From assembly GCA_947441075.1 (NCBI GenBank), contig CANESK010000001.1, forward strand, positions 1-63,009: a DNA stretch of 63,009 bases, written 5' to 3'. The notes beneath the pieces were generated by a model. The model did no database searches and had not been told where the DNA came from. It worked only from the letters and a program-made list of their open reading frames with translations. Shown piece by piece: positions 58,557 through 63,009 of this stretch (position 1 is its first letter; the number at the start of each line of letters is the position of its first letter). Made by a program: the position numbers and the translations under genes. The DNA is from Verrucomicrobia subdivision 6 bacterium (GTDB taxonomy: Bacteria > Verrucomicrobiota > Verrucomicrobiia > Methylacidiphilales > Verrucolacustridaceae).

Positions 58557-58560
58557 TCCC

Positions 58561-59502
58561 GTGCGTGTTATTTTTGCTGGCACAGGGGAATTTGGAGTCC
58601 CTTGTCTGGAGGCCTTGGTGGCTTGTGACGAGCATTTTGTACTTTCGGTCATCACGCAACCTGATCGTCCAGCTGGGCGCCAACAGAAGTTGCTTCCATC
58701 CCCGATCAAGGAGTGTGCCTTACGCCGTCATTTAACTGTGTTCCAACCTGAGGATATTAACGCGGGTACGGCACTCAGCCAGATTCGCTATCAGAAGCCT
58801 GATTTAATGATCGTGGTGGCGTACGGACAAATCCTGAAGAAGCCGCTTTTGGAGATACCCGAGAAGGGTTGTTGGAATGTGCATGGTTCGCTTTTGCCGA
58901 AGTATCGAGGAGCCTCTCCAATTGCGGCGGCCATCCGTGATCGTCAGAAGCGGACAGGAGTCACGATCATGCAGATGAATGAGGGATTAGATACAGGGGA
59001 CATCTTGGGAAAAGTGGCGACACGGATCCGTCCAGGAGAGACGACAGGGATGTTGCATGATCGTTTGGCGGGGAAGGCGGGACCGCTGCTTTTGAAGTTG
59101 CTGGTGCAAGCGAGGAAAGGAAAATTGCGGAACACGAGGCAAATTGCGGGGGAAGCTTCTTTGGCGCCAAAGATGACGAAGGAAAATGGAAAGATTGAAT
59201 GGGAAAAGAACCCTGAAGATATCGAAGCTCATATTCGTGCGATGCAGCCTTGGCCGGGAGCGTATACTTGGATCCCTGATGGGGCGGATCAGAAGATGTT
59301 AAAGATTTTCTCGGTGATACTTTCGAAGCGGGCGAAAGGAAAGCCTGGGGAGATTGTGGAGGTTAATTCGCATGGGATTTTGGTGGCAGCGAAAAAGGGT
59401 GGAGTTTTAGTGCGCGAGGTTCAATTGGAGGGTCGCAAGCGAATGGCGGCTGTGGAGTATGCACGCGGTGCGGGCTTGGCACCTGGGTTGGTCCTGACTT
59501 AG
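58561..59502 (+). CDS. fmt: Methionyl-tRNA formyltransferase
   Basis: TQPDRPAGR, VVAYGQIL, NVHGSLLPKYRGASPI and GLDTGDI; GTG start at 58561. Confidence 0.95.
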   Translation: MRVIFAGTGEFGVPCLEALVACDEHFVLSVITQPDRPAGRQQKLLPSPIKECALRRHLTVFQPEDINAGTALSQIRYQKPDLMIVVAYGQILKKPLLEIPEKGCWNVHGSLLPKYRGASPIAAAIRDRQKRTGVTIMQMNEGLDTGDILGKVATRIRPGETTGMLHDRLAGKAGPLLLKLLVQARKGKLRNTRQIAGEASLAPKMTKENGKIEWEKNPEDIEAHIRAMQPWPGAYTWIPDGADQKMLKIFSVILSKRAKGKPGEIVEVNSHGILVAAKKGGVLVREVQLEGRKRMAAVEYARGAGLAPGLVLT

Positions 59503-59555
59503 AGGTCGGGCGATTTTACGGCGAGGAGGTGGGTTGAGGGGGTCGACGGGAAAAG

Positions 59556-60182
59556 TTATTTTTTCATCCACCGCTCTTTTTGCATGGCGAGCTTGCGTTT
59601 GGCTGATTCGAGGGGATTGGGATTCTTGCCCGAAGCATAGAGATCGGCGCGGTGAAGGATTGAGCGGATGTAGGATTTTGTCGTAGGGAAATCCATGGCG
59701 AGGAGAAAGTCTTCGGCGCGGAGGGTGGGATTGTCTCGAGCCCAGCGACGGGCATGGGTGATGCCTGCGTTGTACTCTGCTAGGGCAAAGACCTCGGGAC
59801 GGTCGGCATTGGACCAGCGTTTCATGGCGCGAGAGAGGTACCAAGATCCAGCGGCGAGGTTGGTTCGAGGATCGAAAAGATCGGTTTCGTGGAAGGAGCG
59901 GACGCGATTGGCCTGAGCCCAGTCTTGGCCTGCGCCTGGGGTGACCTGCATCAGGCCTCTTTCGCCTGAGGTGCCGGTGGCGCGGACCTCGAAATCGCTC
60001 TCACGCCAAACCACGGCACGGACCAGGGAGACGGGTAGTTGGTGGCGGGCGGCGGCCTCAGCTATAAGTGGACCGAGTTCGGTGGAGCGATGAATTTCGC
60101 CGATCCAAGAAAAGGCGATCATGGCTAAGGGAGTCAAGATGACGGCTAAGGCGGCCAGAATACGCGGTCGAGCGAGGAGCAT
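59556..60182 (-). CDS. Lytic transglycosylase (SLT domain)
   Basis: AVVWRESDF, GLMQV and AEYNAG; N-terminal TM. Confidence 0.9.
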   Translation of the reverse strand: MLLARPRILAALAVILTPLAMIAFSWIGEIHRSTELGPLIAEAAARHQLPVSLVRAVVWRESDFEVRATGTSGERGLMQVTPGAGQDWAQANRVRSFHETDLFDPRTNLAAGSWYLSRAMKRWSNADRPEVFALAEYNAGITHARRWARDNPTLRAEDFLLAMDFPTTKSYIRSILHRADLYASGKNPNPLESAKRKLAMQKERWMKK

Positions 60183-60267
60183 AGTATTACAAACATAAAC
60201 GACAAAGGTGGTGGAGGGGAAGCGGGGGAAACTTGCCTCGCGACTAAAAATAGCGCAGAGCCAAGGG

Positions 60268-62508
60268 GTGAATTCTTCCGAATTTGTAAGGGTAGCGCCC
60301 GAATTGGGCCTAGATCGGCTGTTTGACTACCGGATTCCCGAGCGATTACGGGGTCAAGTGGGGCTAGGACAGAGGCTACGGGTGCCATGGGGGCGGCGGA
60401 GTATCATGGCCTATGCGGTAGAGTTTCCTGCTCAACCTGAGGTGGAGGCGGAAAAAGTGCGTGAGGTGGAGGAGGTTGCGGGCGAGCGCCCCCTCATTCC
60501 TGCGGCTTTGTGCCAGTTAGCCCGTTGGATGGCTGATTATTATGCCTGCGATCTGGGAGCTGCCTTGCGGACGATTTTGCCTGGGCCGGTGCGCTCCCAT
60601 GAGGGAGGTGGAAAAATGGCTTGGTGGATCAGCCCAGTACCAGGGAGGGAAGCGGTAGCCGAAACAGTGTTGAAGGGGTCTAAGGCTCAACGCAAAGCTT
60701 GGGAACATCTCCTGAAGAGCGGCGGGGGTTGGTTGACGTTGCTGGCTCGGGATACGGGAATAGGGACGGCGGTTTGGCGGGCATTGGTAGACCGGGGGTT
60801 AGCGGAGAGAACGGAGAAGAGATTTGTGCAGGACGAGGCACTGGCGGAAGCGGGGTGGCCCGACGCAGAGAAGCGGCCAGAGCTGGGCGCAGAACAAGCG
60901 CAAGCGATGGAAGCATGGCAGGAGGAGAGAAAAAAGGAGGGTGCAGGGCGGGCGATTTTATTGGAAGGGGTGACGGGGAGTGGAAAGACGGAGATTTATC
61001 TGCGGGCGATGGAAGCGGTTTTGGCGGAGGGAAAAAACGCAATTATTCTTGTGCCCGAAATATCGCTTACGCCCCAAACGGTGGCACGATTCCGCGGTCG
61101 GTTGGTGGGTCAGAAGATTCGCTTGTGTGTTCTGCATAGCGGACAGACGGTGGCGGAGCGGAGGGAATCGTGGCATGAGATCCGCGAGGGTCGGGCACGA
61201 GTGGTGATTGGCGCGAGGTCGGCTCTTTTTGCTCCTTTAGAAAATCTCGGTTTGATTGTGGTCGATGAGGAACACGATGGTGGATACAAACAGGCGGAGT
61301 CGCCACGATATCACGCAAGAGATCTGGCAGTGGTGCGAGGTCGAATCGAAGGTGCGCCCGTGCTTTTGGGTAGCGCGACTCCATCATTGGAGAGTGGTTT
61401 TAATGCGGATCGGGATAAGTACCGGCGGGTGCTGCTGACTCATCGAGTGGATGGGGCCAAGTTGCCCAAGGTACACGTGGTGGATCTACGGAAGGAGGAT
61501 AAGCCGAAGGGAGGTGGGCCGATTCTTTTATCGGCTGATCTGACGAAAGCTTTAGAGGATCGCCGAAAAAAGGGAGAGCAAAGTCTCGTTTTACTGAATC
61601 GGCGGGGATATGCGCCGAGTGTCCAGTGTCCGCACTGTGGTCGGGTGGAGGAGTGTGAGCGGTGCGCCGTGCCGATGACGTATCATCGAGGTGAGGAGAA
61701 GCTTCGTTGCCATTTTTGCGATGCGGAGAAAGCGGCGCCTCGTCAATGCACCGAGTGTTCTTCTCCTGTTTTGAAATTCACTGGCGCAGGTACGGAACGA
61801 CTTGAAGAATCGGTGGCCGAAGCCCTTCCTGGGGTGCGGTGGACACGAATGGACTCGGATAGTATGAAAGCGCGTGGATCACATGCCAAGGCGCTGGCGG
61901 CTTTCCGAGAGGGACGCACGGAGATTTTATTGGGAACACAGATGATTGCCAAAGGTCTGCACTTTCCTCGGGTGACGTGCGTGGGGGTGGTGGGAATCGA
62001 TGGAGCGCTGAACTTGCCAGATTTTCGTGCCTCGGAACGTGTTTTCCAGCTTTTGGTGCAGGTGGCGGGTCGGGCTGGGCGGGGCGAGATCCCTGGGGAA
62101 GTTTTTGTGCAAACTTACACTCCTTTTCATCCTGCGATTCAGTTTGCCCGGCATCACGATGTCACTGGGTTTCGAGAGCAGGAGTTGGAGTTCCGTAAGG
62201 CGCATGGTTACCCGCCTTATCGTCGAGCGATTCTTCTTTCGTTTTCGGGATCGAGTGAGGCACAGGCTCTGGCGGCAGCGGAGCATGCGGTCAAGAGGTT
62301 GCGGGAAATCTGGAAGGACAAGGTAGAGGTGCCTGATGCTGGGCCAGCTCCGATTGCAAGAGTGGAGGGGAGGTTTCGCTTCCAGGTATTTCTGCTGGTG
62401 GACAAAGTTGGGGAAGTGATCGGGGATTTGAAGCGTGTGGTCTTGGCACCGAAATGGCCGAGTGGCTTACGGACCTCGGTGGATGTGGATGCACAGGATC
62501 TTCTTTAG
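60268..62508 (+). CDS. priA: Primosomal protein N' (replication restart helicase)
   Basis: GVTGSGKTE, VPEISLTPQ, DEEH, SATPS, four CxxC and GTQMIAKG. Probable GTG start at 60268. Confidence 0.96.
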   Translation: MNSSEFVRVAPELGLDRLFDYRIPERLRGQVGLGQRLRVPWGRRSIMAYAVEFPAQPEVEAEKVREVEEVAGERPLIPAALCQLARWMADYYACDLGAALRTILPGPVRSHEGGGKMAWWISPVPGREAVAETVLKGSKAQRKAWEHLLKSGGGWLTLLARDTGIGTAVWRALVDRGLAERTEKRFVQDEALAEAGWPDAEKRPELGAEQAQAMEAWQEERKKEGAGRAILLEGVTGSGKTEIYLRAMEAVLAEGKNAIILVPEISLTPQTVARFRGRLVGQKIRLCVLHSGQTVAERRESWHEIREGRARVVIGARSALFAPLENLGLIVVDEEHDGGYKQAESPRYHARDLAVVRGRIEGAPVLLGSATPSLESGFNADRDKYRRVLLTHRVDGAKLPKVHVVDLRKEDKPKGGGPILLSADLTKALEDRRKKGEQSLVLLNRRGYAPSVQCPHCGRVEECERCAVPMTYHRGEEKLRCHFCDAEKAAPRQCTECSSPVLKFTGAGTERLEESVAEALPGVRWTRMDSDSMKARGSHAKALAAFREGRTEILLGTQMIAKGLHFPRVTCVGVVGIDGALNLPDFRASERVFQLLVQVAGRAGRGEIPGEVFVQTYTPFHPAIQFARHHDVTGFREQELEFRKAHGYPPYRRAILLSFSGSSEAQALAAAEHAVKRLREIWKDKVEVPDAGPAPIARVEGRFRFQVFLLVDKVGEVIGDLKRVVLAPKWPSGLRTSVDVDAQDLL

Positions 62509-62550
62509 ATCGAATTCTTGGCGGTGAACTGCTAAGTTGAACAGGACTTT

Positions 62551-63009
62551 ATGGAGGATCTTTTCTTAACGACTGCGATCGACTACGCCAACGCCAAGCC
62601 ACACTTGGGCCACGCCTATGAAAAGGTGCTGACCGATACTTTGGCTCGTTATGCCAGACGGCGAGGACAAACAGTTCGCTTTCTGAGCGGGTTGGATGAG
62701 CACGGCCAAAAGGTCCAGCAAAGCGCGACGAAGGCGGAGAAGAGTCCGCAAGAATTTGTCGATGGGATCAGTCAGTTCTTTCTCAAGCTATGGAAGCAGT
62801 TGCGGGTGGAGCCAGATGACTTTCTCAGAACGACGGAGGCAAGGCATCGCAAGATTGTGCAGGAGGTTTTAACTCGATTGCACAGCCAAGGGGATATTGT
62901 GAAAGGGACCTTTAAGGGTTTTTATAGTGTGCGGGCGGAACAGTTTTTAACGGAAAAGGAGAGGCAAGCGGATGGCTCATGGCCCGAGATCTTTGGGGAG
63001 GTGGTGGAG
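62551..63009 (+). CDS. metG: Methionyl-tRNA synthetase (5' part, truncated by window edge)
   Basis: Not in the ORF track. Manual translation gives MEDLFLTTAIDYANAKPHLGHAYEK...GLDEHGQKV...FLRTTE; open to the window end. Confidence 0.93.
   Translation, partial: MEDLFLTTAIDYANAKPHLGHAYEKVLTDTLARYARRRGQTVRFLSGLDEHGQKVQQSATKAEKSPQEFVDGISQFFLKLWKQLRVEPDDFLRTTEARHRKIVQEVLTRLHSQGDIVKGTFKGFYSVRAEQFLTEKERQADGSWPEIFGEVVE

Overview
A 63-kb, gene-dense bacterial chromosomal segment, most likely from a Verrucomicrobiota member. This is inferred from the PEP-CTERM protein, the prepilin/H-X9-DG-type protein and the very compact gene layout. It holds about 62 CDSs and one tRNA-Leu(TAA). Most are core metabolism and replication/repair genes: a partial fatty-acid desaturase, thiE, accBC, holB-tmk-ispF, hpf, pdhAB, dsbD, uvrC, uppP, hldD, a second E1 alpha/beta pair, queG, aroK/C/E, pilD, cysE, crtE-crtB/cruF, lnt, gcvP, a P1B ATPase, adk, fmt, priA and partial metG. 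I found no CRISPR array, transposase, integrase, prophage or rRNA. Most notable observations: (1) a PlsC-family acyltransferase translationally coupled to an ABHD18-like hydrolase, a candidate bacterial deacylation/reacylation lipid-remodelling pair; (2) an L,D-transpeptidase split from its membrane anchor by a frameshift in an A9 run; (3) a very strong G-rich + strand bias regardless of coding strand; (4) a prepilin plus His-motif PEP-CTERM operon with a palindrome over its -35; (5) an unannotated RHH-like small ORF heading a sigma/EgtD-like/cyclase/bactofilin run; (6) a structured leader on the glycine-rich RRM gene; (7) a clamp-binding-like tail on the nuclease next to uvrC; (8) many apparently leaderless genes. 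All product calls come from motif recognition by eye; no database searches were run.
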